A DNA stretch of 53,367 nucleotides from a virus (IMGVR_UViG_3300037484_000460:1-53367); one strand, 5' to 3'. Counted from the first letter of the stretch, positions 19,289-28,550 are shown. Notes: generated by a model from the sequence alone, not told the origin. Translations and numbers: made by a program.

Positions 19289-19427
19289 GCCCTCTGTCTC
19301 CGAAGCCAGTTGGTCCAAGCTGCCGAAGCCTGATGTACCGCGCTGTGATCTCTGCGGCAAAGTCGCTGTCTGGCAACACCCCAAGGGAGGCTTACGGTGC
19401 CGAACATGCCCGAAACCGACTCGTTGA
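19281..19427 (+). CDS. Small Zn-finger protein
   Basis: CDLC..CRTC. Confidence 0.5.
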   Translation: MAKPSVSEASWSKLPKPDVPRCDLCGKVAVWQHPKGGLRCRTCPKPTR

Positions 19428-19825
19428 CTGTCGCCGAGGCCCTTGCCAGTATCCGCGCGGCCATCGAGGAGGCCCGGAAGCTCAGGGCCGCAGCAACTAC
19501 CGGACCCTGGGAGCGCGGAGGCGACCGCAACGACGTCTGGATCTCGGGGCGCGATAGGGACGCAAATGTGATCTGCGATCTTGTCCGACGTGCGGATTGG
19601 ATCAGGAGCTTCCTAAGCGACGAGGATGAATCCAACATTTGCTTAATCCTTTCGGCCAAGAACTCCGACCCCTGGAGCGCCCTCGCCGAAGCGGTGAAGG
19701 CGCTGGAGGCCATCTCCATCCCAATTGGCCCAGGAGCTTGCTACACGTTGGCTGGCGAGCAGTGTTGGTGTAACCAGCACGTTGCTGTACGAAGCTTGGT
19801 CCGTATCGCGTCCACGCTGGGATAA
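19397..19825 (+). CDS. Hypothetical protein (Ead/Ea22-like ATxGPW motif)
   Basis: AAATTGPW motif; GGAGG RBS. Confidence 0.6.
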   Translation: MPNMPETDSLTVAEALASIRAAIEEARKLRAAATTGPWERGGDRNDVWISGRDRDANVICDLVRRADWIRSFLSDEDESNICLILSAKNSDPWSALAEAVKALEAISIPIGPGACYTLAGEQCWCNQHVAVRSLVRIASTLG

Positions 19826-19828
19826 ATA

Positions 19829-20062
19829 GTGGCCGCCGCAAGTTCGTCTCGATTCGAACGTCGTTGCTCTCAACATCCCTGGCTTCAGGTGGTACAGCGG
19901 GTCCACAGCATCCTTTATTGCCCGGCGGGTCACAGGGCTCCGCACTGGAACATCTACGACACAAAGACCGGACAGATTGTCGGTCGTGCTGATCACGAAC
20001 TCGGGGTGCTAAGTGGATCGGTGGCCGATGTCCGCATCGCGTCCAAGCTGGAGGGCAAGTAG
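19829..20062 (+). CDS. Hypothetical protein
   Basis: Fills a gap in the gene string; no recognisable motif. Confidence 0.35.
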   Translation: MAAASSSRFERRCSQHPWLQVVQRVHSILYCPAGHRAPHWNIYDTKTGQIVGRADHELGVLSGSVADVRIASKLEGK

Positions 20063-20287
20063 ATGGCTTGTAGGCAATGCGGCGTTAAGCACTACAACTC
20101 CGGGGAAGCGCATTTGTGCGATCACCACTTTGGTTTGCATGACTTTGGACAGCAGTTAGGCTGTACTGAGTGCGAACGGCTTCGCAGCCTGGCCGGTCTG
20201 ACTTTCGGTCCAACTAACGGTCAAGCCGACCTGGCCCTCCCCTCCGCAGGCCCTCTCGAGCCAGACCAGGGACCGGAGACCGAATGA
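20063..20287 (+). CDS. Small Cys/His protein
   Basis: GGAGG RBS; CRQC..CTEC. Confidence 0.55.
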   Translation: MACRQCGVKHYNSGEAHLCDHHFGLHDFGQQLGCTECERLRSLAGLTFGPTNGQADLALPSAGPLEPDQGPETE

Positions 20288-20418
20288 GCCCCTCTCTCTC
20301 TAGGGTAGAGACAGTACGTAAAAGCAAGAAGCAGAACGCAGAAGCAGAAGCAGGACTTGTTACGTGGGACGAATCCGGTTACGCGAACGTTACGCGTGAT
20401 GTTACGCGGCGAGACTGA
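20284..20418 (+). other. Putative replication origin (iterons) inside a 44-codon mini-ORF
   Basis: A-rich GCAGAA repeats, then GTTACG(C/T)G four times at 20359, 20378, 20389, 20401, directly before the replication gene. Confidence 0.6.
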
Positions 20419-20813
20419 TGGCTGGCTTTGTGAAGGTCTTCACCTCGATTCTGACCAGCACGATTTGGGGGGAAGACCATGCCACGGTAAGGGTTTGGAT
20501 TGCCATGCTGGCGAGTGCTGACGCGGATGGGATGGTCGAGGGCAGCGTGCCCGGGTTCGCCCGCGTCGCCAACGTAACGATGGCCGAGATGGAACATGCC
20601 CTGGAGGTGCTCTACAGCCCTGACCCGCACAGCCGGACGAAAGACCACGAAGGCCGGCGCATCGAAGCATTCGATGGCGGCTGGCGGATTCTGAATCACA
20701 CCAAATACCGGGAGACGGCCAACGCACAGGAGGGGTCGCGGGCGCCGTACATGCGCGAGTACCGGAAGCGCAAGCGCGCCGAGGCGTTCCGCGAACCAGG
20801 AAGCGACGAATGA
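20418..20813 (+). CDS. Phage replication initiator (replisome-organizer-type N-terminal domain)
   Basis: FVKVFTSILTSTIW..MLASADADG..SPDPHSRT..EGRRI..GGWRILNHTKYR. Confidence 0.75.
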   Translation: MAGFVKVFTSILTSTIWGEDHATVRVWIAMLASADADGMVEGSVPGFARVANVTMAEMEHALEVLYSPDPHSRTKDHEGRRIEAFDGGWRILNHTKYRETANAQEGSRAPYMREYRKRKRAEAFREPGSDE

Positions 20814-21049
20814 GTGACCAGGAGAAAGCGACCTACGCGAACGCCGTGTGGGACGCCTTCTGCGAGATGACGCGGCGTCCTCGTCTCATGGGTCCGGTGG
20901 AGTTCAGCCTCGTGCGGTTCTGGATGTCTGAGGGCGTGCCGCTGCGTCTGGTCCTGGGCGCGATTCGGGAGACGAAGCCGGGGTGGTCGCTCGTCTACTA
21001 CGAGAAGCCAGTCGAGGCGGCCGTGCGTCGATCAGTGGGGGGCATGTGA
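20810..21049 (+). CDS. DnaD-like domain protein
   Basis: W..EGVPLRLVLGAI..SLVYY..V pattern; follows the initiator gene. Confidence 0.5.
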   Translation: MSDQEKATYANAVWDAFCEMTRRPRLMGPVEFSLVRFWMSEGVPLRLVLGAIRETKPGWSLVYYEKPVEAAVRRSVGGM

Positions 21050-21228
21050 CGTACAAGCCAGGCGCAATGAGTCAGTGGGAATGGGACCGCTTCGCCCAGG
21101 TCAACCCGAAGCGAGAGGGCGAGAGCATCACGGATTGGATGGCGCGGCTTCTGGCGCTGGCGGATGGGCGCCGAGCTCCGGTGGAAGCTGCGCGGTTGCC
21201 CTACCGTGAACCCGGTGAGGACGCATGA
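21046..21228 (+). CDS. Hypothetical protein ending REPGEDA
   Basis: Coupled ORF. Confidence 0.6.
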   Translation: MTYKPGAMSQWEWDRFAQVNPKREGESITDWMARLLALADGRRAPVEAARLPYREPGEDA

Positions 21229-21422
21229 AGGCCAAGCCGAAGGGACGACCGAGCAACCCGCCGTTCATCATGTCAGGCAAGTACAGCGAGGAAATGTGGA
21301 AGCGCATCAACATGGCCGAGATGGTAGCGGACTTGCGTGAGGCTCTCTACCTGGTCTGCTGCCGCTTGCAAGAACTCGAAGGAAGAGCCGCTAGGCCGTG
21401 GGCAGAGAGGGACTACAGGTGA
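21225..21422 (+). CDS. Hypothetical protein
   Basis: Coupled ORF. Confidence 0.6.
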   Translation: MKAKPKGRPSNPPFIMSGKYSEEMWKRINMAEMVADLREALYLVCCRLQELEGRAARPWAERDYR

Positions 21423-21655
21423 GCGCCCCGACCACGATACGCGACGGGATGCGCTGGTGTACCGGTCACTGCGGCCGGCTGCTTCCGCTGAGCAGCTACT
21501 ACCGCAACGGCCGAGGCGAGCCGAACACGGAGTGCAAAGGGTGTAGGCGGGTGAGCCGTCGTGAGTCTTGGCGGCGGTGGATCAAGCGACGAGGGGTGAA
21601 GGTGAGGGAGAACGCACGGTTCCGGGCGATGTACCACGCGACGAGGATGGCGTGA
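21419..21655 (+). CDS. Zn-finger protein
   Basis: CTGHCGRLLPLSSYY..ECKGC. Confidence 0.6.
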   Translation: MSAPTTIRDGMRWCTGHCGRLLPLSSYYRNGRGEPNTECKGCRRVSRRESWRRWIKRRGVKVRENARFRAMYHATRMA

Positions 21656-22632
21656 GCCTTCGCGCGCCCTTCCCATGGTTCGGAGGCAAGTCGAAAGTGG
21701 CTCACCTCGTGTGGGACCGTTTTGGCAACGTGCCGAACTATGTTGAGCCGTTTGCCGGCTCGCTAGCGGTGTTGCTCTCGCGGCCAACACAGGCTGGCAC
21801 CGAAACCGTGAACGACCTCGATGCCTACCTCTGCAATTTCTGGCGTGCCATTCAGGCGGAACCGGTGGAGGTGGCGCTCTGGGCCGGCTGGCCCGTGAAC
21901 GAGACGGATCTTCACGCGCGCCATCGTTGGCTGGTGCGCTACGCCGCGCAGGAGCTTGAGCGCCTGAAGGAAGACCCGCTCTTTCATGACGCGAAGATCG
22001 CCGGCTGGTGGGCCTGGGGCGTTGCCTCGTGGATAGGTTCGGGCTGGTGTCGGGTCCGCGGGGATGGGCCTGCACCGTCCGAGCAGCTCCCGCACCTCGG
22101 GTCCGCGGGGATGGGCCTGCACCGGAAGCTCCCGCACCTCGGGGACGCGGGGAGGGGACTGCACCGGAAGCTCCCGCACCTCGGGGACGCGGGGAGGGGA
22201 GTTCTCGTCTGGTGTCTTGACCTGGCGGAGCGGCTGCGCCGTGTGCGTGTCGCCTGTGGCGACTGGACGCGAGTTATGGGCGAGAGCGTTACCGTGAAGC
22301 ACGGTACGACCGGGGTCTTTCTGGACCCGCCCTATTCCGACGACGAGCACGCCATCGAGTATTCGGCCGGAGGTGACGTCGCGGCCGCGGTCGCGGCGTG
22401 GGCCATCGCGAACGGCGACAATCCGGCGCTGCGAATCGCTCTCTGTGGTTACGCGGGCGAACACGAGATGACCGGCGAGTGGACAGAAGTCGAATGGAAG
22501 GCTAGGGGCGGGTACGGGTCGCAAGGCGACGGGCGCGGGCGAGAGAACGCGGGCCGCGAACGGATCTGGTTCTCCCCACACTGCCTCGGGAAGCGCATCG
22601 CCGGCCCCCTCTTCGCAGACACAAGCGCATGA
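21652..22632 (+). CDS. DNA adenine methyltransferase (Dam/D12 class)
   Basis: PFPWFGGKS, YVEPFAGS, ETVND, FLDPPY. Confidence 0.9.
   Translation: MSLRAPFPWFGGKSKVAHLVWDRFGNVPNYVEPFAGSLAVLLSRPTQAGTETVNDLDAYLCNFWRAIQAEPVEVALWAGWPVNETDLHARHRWLVRYAAQELERLKEDPLFHDAKIAGWWAWGVASWIGSGWCRVRGDGPAPSEQLPHLGSAGMGLHRKLPHLGDAGRGLHRKLPHLGDAGRGVLVWCLDLAERLRRVRVACGDWTRVMGESVTVKHGTTGVFLDPPYSDDEHAIEYSAGGDVAAAVAAWAIANGDNPALRIALCGYAGEHEMTGEWTEVEWKARGGYGSQGDGRGRENAGRERIWFSPHCLGKRIAGPLFADTSA
22050..22200 (+). repeat. Tandem 42-bp coding repeat (LPHLGxAGxGLHRK) inside the methyltransferase
   Basis: AGCTCCCGCACCTCGGG at 22085, 22127 and 22169; a partial copy offset by 47 bp starts at 22050. Confidence 0.9.
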
Positions 22633-23087
22633 GCGAGCGTATCAACCTCGATGTGGGCCTGACGAGTAGCCGCAAGTTCGCGTGCCGAATCTCCGACAAG
22701 GGAACCCTGAAGCCGGCCGAGCCCGGACGCTGGATCGCTTGGCTCGCGGAAAACAAGGGCCGCACCGTAGAGGTGGCGATCTCGAGACCGAAGCGGTCCA
22801 ACCGGGCTAACGCCTATTGGTGGGCCGTTGTCGTTCCGCTCGTCGCTGAGATTCTGACGAGAGAGGCAAAGCTTGATCTTCCGCTGTCGAACGAAGCGGT
22901 TCACTACCGGCTTGTCGCAGTGTTCGGGCCGGCGCAGAAGACGCCGCTCGGTCGCGTAGGAATCCGGTCGAGCGAGATGGACTCGGCGCAGTTCTCGGAG
23001 CTGGTCAATCAGACGCGGGAGTGGTTGCTGCACAAGTACGGCGTGATCTGTCCGACCCCGGAGGATTATTGGGAGGGGGCGGCATGA
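22629..23087 (+). CDS. NinB/DUF1367-like protein
   Basis: KRSNRANAYWWAVV..VHYRL..SSEMDSAQFSELV. Confidence 0.7.
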   Translation: MSERINLDVGLTSSRKFACRISDKGTLKPAEPGRWIAWLAENKGRTVEVAISRPKRSNRANAYWWAVVVPLVAEILTREAKLDLPLSNEAVHYRLVAVFGPAQKTPLGRVGIRSSEMDSAQFSELVNQTREWLLHKYGVICPTPEDYWEGAA

Positions 23088-23422
23088 GGAGGCGTGGACC
23101 GATGGCGAATGACGAAGGCGTGGAGGGAAGGATGAGCGCATTTATCTGTGAGCATTGCGGGCACCATTGGGACTGTCACCGCAGCGGAGAGTGCTCCACC
23201 TGCGAGATGGGCGGGTCCTTGTGCATTCTCGGGCCGTATCGCTTCCAAGGTTGGCACGCACAGCTTGAGTGGAAGTTGGCCGACCTGTGGATTGGGGCCT
23301 TCTGGAAGCGCACCGGGAATTGCGTGGATCTGTGGGTCTGTCTCGTCCCATGCATTCCGTTGCACGTCTCGTGGTGGTGGTCGCGCGAGCCCAATTTCGG
23401 TTTCGTGGAGCCTCAGGCGTGA
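23084..23422 (+). CDS. Hypothetical protein
   Basis: Coupled ORF; DLWIGAFW..WVCLVPCIP. Confidence 0.55.
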   Translation: MRRRGPMANDEGVEGRMSAFICEHCGHHWDCHRSGECSTCEMGGSLCILGPYRFQGWHAQLEWKLADLWIGAFWKRTGNCVDLWVCLVPCIPLHVSWWWSREPNFGFVEPQA

Positions 23423-23664
23423 CCGCCCCGAAGGACAGCGAGGAGCCGCGATGCCCCAATTGCGGCGATCTCCAATCGGTGTGCTTAGAGAGGGGGCAAA
23501 CCGTGTCAGAGGAGCCCACCCCAGCCAAGCCGGAGAAAAGCAATCCCATGCGCGTAGCGTGTGACAGGCACAATGAGTTTCGCCCCGTCTACGTCACCGG
23601 GAGGCCGTTGCTAGATGATCGGTGCCCGTGGTGCAGGATCGAAGAATTGGAGAAGCGCAAGTGA
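23419..23664 (+). CDS. Small Zn-binding protein
   Basis: CPNC, CPWC; coupled. Confidence 0.5.
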   Translation: MTAPKDSEEPRCPNCGDLQSVCLERGQTVSEEPTPAKPEKSNPMRVACDRHNEFRPVYVTGRPLLDDRCPWCRIEELEKRK

Positions 23665-24512
23665 CCCCGTTTTGCCCACGCTGCAACATTTACCACGATA
23701 GGCGGGATGGATGTCTCGACAAGCGGGCCACCCCACCCAAGCAGCCCGATCCGACCAAGCCGGAGACGTGCGCGCTCTGCGGGAGTCTCGCCATCGAGTG
23801 CTTGTGCCATGCCAAGCCGGAGGCCCCGAAGGACCGGGCGCGAGAGATCGCGGAAGAAGCTCTGATGCTATCTCATGGTAACGACCGTTCGTGGAATGTA
23901 GACTACTTGGCCGTCAAGATCCGCGCCTATGGCGACGAGCGCGTAAAGGATCGTGACCAAGAGTGGACAATGAAGCTAGGCGTAAGCGGTACCGCTGTCA
24001 CTCCGGATTGGATGCAGGAATCCCAACGGATGTTCAACAAGGACCGCGAGGACAAAATCAAGGGGCTGGGGGCTGCCCTAGCCACCGAGAAGGAGCGAGC
24101 GGAGAAGGAACGTGCAGCAGCCAACGCACGGATGCTTGCCGAAGGCTGGCAGAAGGTAGCGCTCTTGGAGCGTGCCGAGGCCGCCGAGGCCGCGCTTGCC
24201 TGCCACGACTGCCGGGAATACAGAGAGGCCACGGCGGCGAGGGGAAAAGCGCGGGATGCCGAGGTCACGCTGCTCAAGGCGCTAGTTGAGGACTGCGAGC
24301 GCGACCACCCCCCGGAGCCGGAGTATCTGGCGTGGCAGCAAGCGGGGAAGCCTGATGTGGCAGCGGCGGAGCGGAGGGGGGCCGAGGCGATGCGGGAGGC
24401 CGCGGAAAGGGCGCTCCATCTTTTGTACGCCAGCGAGACGAGCCCCTGGCGCAACGAGCGGGAGGAAAGCTGTCGTGTGATCCGCGCCCTCCCCCTCCCA
24501 GGAGACAAGTGA
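23661..24512 (+). CDS. Mosaic hypothetical protein
   Basis: Coupled ORF ending IRALPLPGDK. Confidence 0.6.
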   Translation: MTPFCPRCNIYHDRRDGCLDKRATPPKQPDPTKPETCALCGSLAIECLCHAKPEAPKDRAREIAEEALMLSHGNDRSWNVDYLAVKIRAYGDERVKDRDQEWTMKLGVSGTAVTPDWMQESQRMFNKDREDKIKGLGAALATEKERAEKERAAANARMLAEGWQKVALLERAEAAEAALACHDCREYREATAARGKARDAEVTLLKALVEDCERDHPPEPEYLAWQQAGKPDVAAAERRGAEAMREAAERALHLLYASETSPWRNEREESCRVIRALPLPGDK

Positions 24513-24747
24513 TGGCCTTTATCATGCTCCTCTGCAAGTGGGGACGCTGCCAATACGCATGTTGGACTTGGGAAGCGATGCGTCGTCACATCGCGAGGAA
24601 GCACCGATGACCGCCGACCCCAAGTGGCTCGCGAAGGCGGAGGAGGGACCCATCCTGGCACTTGCGTGGAGTAGGATTGGAAGCGGGTCGGAAGGGCGCG
24701 TCAACGCCCAACCAACCCTGACCACCCAGCACGCAGGAGGTGCTTCG

Positions 24748-25186
24748 ATGGCTACTCGGCACTTTACCACCACACGATGTAAGGACTGCGGCCGTGCAAT
24801 TGGAAACGTATTCCATTCCTGCCCGTTCGTTGTAGCGAAGGGACGGTTCTACGCAAAGGTCGCTGCGGCGGACGTAAACGGATGTCGTGCTTGGACCGGG
24901 AATAAATCGCTCGGTTACGGACGGTTTTGGTTGTCCAATGCGTCTTCCTAGCGTTCTGTCCGTGAATGCCAACGCCACGAATCAGCCCGGTTCCGCACGG
25001 TTTAGTGATAGACCATCTCTGTCGCAATCGAGCTGCGTAAGGGGTCACGAGTTTACTCCAGCCAACATACTGAGAGACCATCGAAACGGTGGGCGTGAAT
25101 GTAGAGCCTGTCGCGCTATGCGAAATATCATTTACTGGCGGAAGCGCAGGGCCCGCGAGCGGTCCGAACGGGGCATGTCCGTATGA
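24748..25186 (+). pseudogene. Degenerate HNH endonuclease
   Basis: CRAWTG..GYGRF then a stop; PVPHGLVIDHLCRNRA fragment and CVRGHEFT..RECRAC fragment lie in different frames. Confidence 0.8.
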
Positions 25187-25506
25187 CCCGAGAGCAATTG
25201 GTAGACTCGCTGGCGGGGCCGCACGACGACGACGGGTTCAGCCATGTATGCGCGAAGTGCAAGTTCAACGTCACGTCGCGCCCGTGCAATTGCTCTCGCC
25301 GCGAGCGTGTCCAAGCCATCGCCCTCGCGCTGGAGGAAGCCTACGCCGCCGGGAAGGCCGATGGACGCGCGGAGACGGCGCTGTGTGCTGGGTGTCACGA
25401 TGCCATCGCGGCCCAGCGAAATGGCTACGCGCGGGGAGTGAGAGAGGCGTATGAGGCGGTGCCCGACGGGCGCATTCTGGCTCTGCTCGCGAAGGCCCCC
25501 GCGTGA
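25183..25506 (+). CDS. Hypothetical protein
   Basis: Coupled ORF. Confidence 0.55.
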   Translation: MTREQLVDSLAGPHDDDGFSHVCAKCKFNVTSRPCNCSRRERVQAIALALEEAYAAGKADGRAETALCAGCHDAIAAQRNGYARGVREAYEAVPDGRILALLAKAPA

Positions 25507-26243
25507 CCCAAGACGCCGAGGCGCTCGTGGCGTTGCTGGCCGCCAAGCACTCCGACGCAGTGTTCGTGGCCGAGTGCAAGACGGGCAGCTCGTGGGACGG
25601 ATGCCGCCGCCTTGATGCCTGGGCGCTACTGAAGACGTGGAGCCCACCGACGGCCATCGGCTACGAGGTCAAGGTGTCGCGCTCTGACTTCCTGCAAGAC
25701 CGGAAGTGGCCGACCTATCTGCCGTTCTGCCACGAACTGTACTTCGTGTGCCCGCCCAAGCTGATCGCCGTCGAGGAGCTACCTTCCGAGGTCGGCCTCA
25801 TGTGGAGCGCCGGCTCCCGGTTGCTGACGAAGCGGAAGGCGGTGCGCAGGGAACCCACGGCCGGTGCGCTCGTGTCGCTCATGAGCTACGTGATGATGAG
25901 CCGGACGCGGATCGTCGGCGACATGTGGGAGGCGAACAGGCGAGATCCGGCAGAGCACTGGCGGGCGTGGCTGGCCGATCGTGAGGAGGGTCAACGGCTG
26001 GGCGTCGAGGTGTCGCGGCGCATCCGTAAGATAGTCAGCGAGGCGAGAGCGGCGCAATCGCGAGCCGAGTACGAGCGGGACCGACTCAAGGGCGTAGAGG
26101 CTCAGCTTGAGGCCCTTGGCCTGGCCAAGGATTTGGGCGCGCTACAGGTGCGGCGGCAGCTTGGCGACGACACGGTAGAGCGGCTCCGACAGATTACGCG
26201 GCTTGCCGGCCAGATAGGCGAGCTGTCTGGACGGCTCCAATGA
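25503..26243 (+). CDS. MmcB-like PD-(D/E)XK nuclease
   Basis: RLDAW..GYEVKVSRSDFLQD.KW..Y..FCHELYFVCP. Confidence 0.8.
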   Translation: MTQDAEALVALLAAKHSDAVFVAECKTGSSWDGCRRLDAWALLKTWSPPTAIGYEVKVSRSDFLQDRKWPTYLPFCHELYFVCPPKLIAVEELPSEVGLMWSAGSRLLTKRKAVRREPTAGALVSLMSYVMMSRTRIVGDMWEANRRDPAEHWRAWLADREEGQRLGVEVSRRIRKIVSEARAAQSRAEYERDRLKGVEAQLEALGLAKDLGALQVRRQLGDDTVERLRQITRLAGQIGELSGRLQ

Positions 26244-26431
26244 CCGAAGACGCTCTCGCCCTCGCGATCGGCCGAGCCGTCCTTCAGGCCGCGCTGGGCC
26301 TGGGGGGGCGTGGGCAGCTCACGGTTCACGTCCGCGGCGACGGCCGGCCGGCGGCCATCGAAATCGCGCGGAGGGAGACGCTCGACCTAACGAAAGTGCT
26401 TGACGCCTTAGAGACTTCGGCCACACAATAG
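26240..26431 (+). CDS. Hypothetical protein
   Basis: ATGA overlap; end of the early operon. Confidence 0.55.
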   Translation: MTEDALALAIGRAVLQAALGLGGRGQLTVHVRGDGRPAAIEIARRETLDLTKVLDALETSATQ

Positions 26432-26494
26432 CGCAGACCCTCGGGCACGAGAGGGGCCGCACCCCGGCACGGCTCAGCCCGCCACCGGACTTCC

Positions 26495-26857
26495 TTGGCG
26501 TTCTTCGGAGGTCCGGGTCTGGCAATCCACTTCACCGACGACGAGATCAAGGGCCTAAGCCCCCGGCTCGTCGCCATGCTGGACGGCGCCCGGGACTACG
26601 CTGGCGTCCCCTTCCGCATCACCTCCGGGGCTCGAACGCCGGAGGAAAACCAAGCGGCGCAGGGTGTGAAGAACACCGCCCACATGCGCGGGCTCGCGGT
26701 GGACCTAGCGTGCGTCGACGGTCGCGAGCGCTGGCACATTCTGACCGCCCTGCTCAATGTCGGATTCTCTCGCGTGGGTGTGTACGACCGGCACATTCAC
26801 GCCGACTGTGATGTCTCCCTGCCGCAGGAAGTCATCTGGTGGGGGAAGTCCCATTGA
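26495..26857 (+). CDS. Endolysin, peptidase M15 family (start codon uncertain)
   Basis: ITSGAR..N..G.KNTAHMRGLAVDL..RVGVY..HIHAD Zn ligands. Confidence 0.9.
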   Translation: MAFFGGPGLAIHFTDDEIKGLSPRLVAMLDGARDYAGVPFRITSGARTPEENQAAQGVKNTAHMRGLAVDLACVDGRERWHILTALLNVGFSRVGVYDRHIHADCDVSLPQEVIWWGKSH

Positions 26858-26985
26858 GCCGAATCTCCGAAGGTTGGCTGCTCTACCCGGAGCATCTCAT
26901 CCTCGGCGGGATAGCCGTGGTGCTCCTCGTGGCCGCGGTCGTCGCGTGGTTCTGGCTCGATCCAACGGTGGAGATGGACGAGTGA
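26854..26985 (+). CDS. Small single-TM protein (43 aa), not in the ORF track
   Basis: TTGA overlap; LILGGIAVVLLVAAVVAWFWL. Confidence 0.6.
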   Translation: MSRISEGWLLYPEHLILGGIAVVLLVAAVVAWFWLDPTVEMDE

Positions 26986-27038
26986 ACCTCGGCGACCGCG
27001 GTCTGTTGTCCAAGGATAAGTGGAAAAGGATGAATGCA

Positions 27039-28550
27039 ATGCTGCTGCAAGAGTACAAGTTCTCGATCACGTTCTGGAAGGCGGTCAGGGGCGTAGCGGC
27101 CGGAGCGGCCGTCGTCGGCGGTCTCGCCGCAATCGACTACGTGCAGGCGAGCGACGAGCTGAAGAAGCTGGCGCCGTGGGCGCTGCCCGTCGTCCTCGGC
27201 CTGCTCACCGGCGGGCGGAACTGGCTCAAGGCCCGGAGTCTCGGCTCGAGTTCGGTGGTCAAGGTGCTCATCGCGGCCGCGGCTCTCCCGTTCCTGGTCG
27301 GGGCCTCGTGCCAGCCGACGCAGCCGTGTACCGGGCCGGCCCCCGACCCGACGTGCATCTGCCTCGCCGGGCAGTGGATCTGTCCGCCTCCGACGACTCC
27401 CGCGGAGCCCTACGACTGCAACAAGCCTCCGGCCAGCTCCGGGCTAGTCAAGGTCAAGGACGCGATCGCCGGCCGCTACGTCGTGGTGCTGAAGCAGCGG
27501 GCACGGACGGCGCTTGAGCTCCAGACCGCGGCCGCGCAGATCCAGACTCTCGCCGGACGGTTCGGGCTCCAGAGCGTGCAGACCTTCCGGGCGCTCGGGC
27601 TGTTCGCGGTGAAGGCGGACGCCAAGGCGGCGGCTTCGCTTGCGACCGATCCCGCGGTGGCCTACGTCCAGGAGGACGGCCGGAAGTTCGCTCGGGTGAG
27701 CTGGGGGCTTGACCGGATCGATCAGCGCGACCTCCCGCTATCCGGCAGCTACGACCCCGGAGCGGACGGGACGGGCGTCCATGCGTTCATTGTGGACACC
27801 GGCTGCCCGGCGGGCGGCGACCTGACGAAGTGCTCTCAGACGCACGGCGACTTCGGCGCGCGCTACGCCGCGGAGTGCTTCACGGCCGTGTCCTTCCGGG
27901 GCTGCATGGACGCCCACGGGCACGGCACCCACGTCGCCGGGACCATCGGCGGGACCGTTTGGGGTGTGGCGAAGAACGTCACGCTGCACGCGGCCCGCGT
28001 CCTCGACGAGAACGGGAGCGGGACCGATACCGGCGTCATCGCGGGCATCGACTACGTTACCGCCTTCAAGCAAGCGAACCCCGGCTTCGGCGTCGTGTCG
28101 AACATGAGCCTCGGCGGGGCCCCGGCGCCGGCACTGGACGACGCGGTGTGCCGCTCCATTGCGGCGGGCGTCGTTCACGTCGTCGCGGCCGGCAACGATT
28201 CGTCCGACGCCTACGGTGCGAGCCCGGCCCGTGTGGTCCAGGCGATTACGATGGGAGCCTCGGACCGCTCCGACCACATCGCGTCGTTCTCCAACTTCGG
28301 CCCGGGCATCGACCTCTTCGGGCCGGGTGTGGACATCGAGAGCGACCGCCCCGAGGGCGGGACGGCGACGTTCTCGGGGACCTCGATGGCGAGCCCGCAC
28401 GGAGCCGGTGCTGCCGCGCTCTACCTCCAGCGTCACCCGGGCTCGACGCCGGCCGAAGTCGAGGCCGGGCTGAAGGGCAACGCGACGCCGGGGAAGATTG
28501 GGACGGCCCCGGCGGACACCACTCAAAGCTTGCTCTACGTGCGGGAGTAG
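27039..28550 (+). CDS. Holin-like membrane domain fused to an I9 propeptide and S8 subtilisin (proteinase K/aqualysin type)
   Basis: Three hydrophobic segments, then GRYVVVLK..VAYVQED (I9), SWGLDRIDQ, IVDTG, HGHGTHVAG, AAGN, SGTSMASPH. Confidence 0.9.
   Translation: MLLQEYKFSITFWKAVRGVAAGAAVVGGLAAIDYVQASDELKKLAPWALPVVLGLLTGGRNWLKARSLGSSSVVKVLIAAAALPFLVGASCQPTQPCTGPAPDPTCICLAGQWICPPPTTPAEPYDCNKPPASSGLVKVKDAIAGRYVVVLKQRARTALELQTAAAQIQTLAGRFGLQSVQTFRALGLFAVKADAKAAASLATDPAVAYVQEDGRKFARVSWGLDRIDQRDLPLSGSYDPGADGTGVHAFIVDTGCPAGGDLTKCSQTHGDFGARYAAECFTAVSFRGCMDAHGHGTHVAGTIGGTVWGVAKNVTLHAARVLDENGSGTDTGVIAGIDYVTAFKQANPGFGVVSNMSLGGAPAPALDDAVCRSIAAGVVHVVAAGNDSSDAYGASPARVVQAITMGASDRSDHIASFSNFGPGIDLFGPGVDIESDRPEGGTATFSGTSMASPHGAGAAALYLQRHPGSTPAEVEAGLKGNATPGKIGTAPADTTQSLLYVRE

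Noticed and set aside
22050-22200. CRISPR array
   Set aside because: Contiguous coding tandem repeats with no unique spacers and no cas genes
26400-26490. Late promoter TTGACG..CACAAT and partial similarity of 26446-26465 to 1910-1937
   Set aside because: Weak -10 box with an 18-bp spacer, and only short GC-rich matches; not enough support
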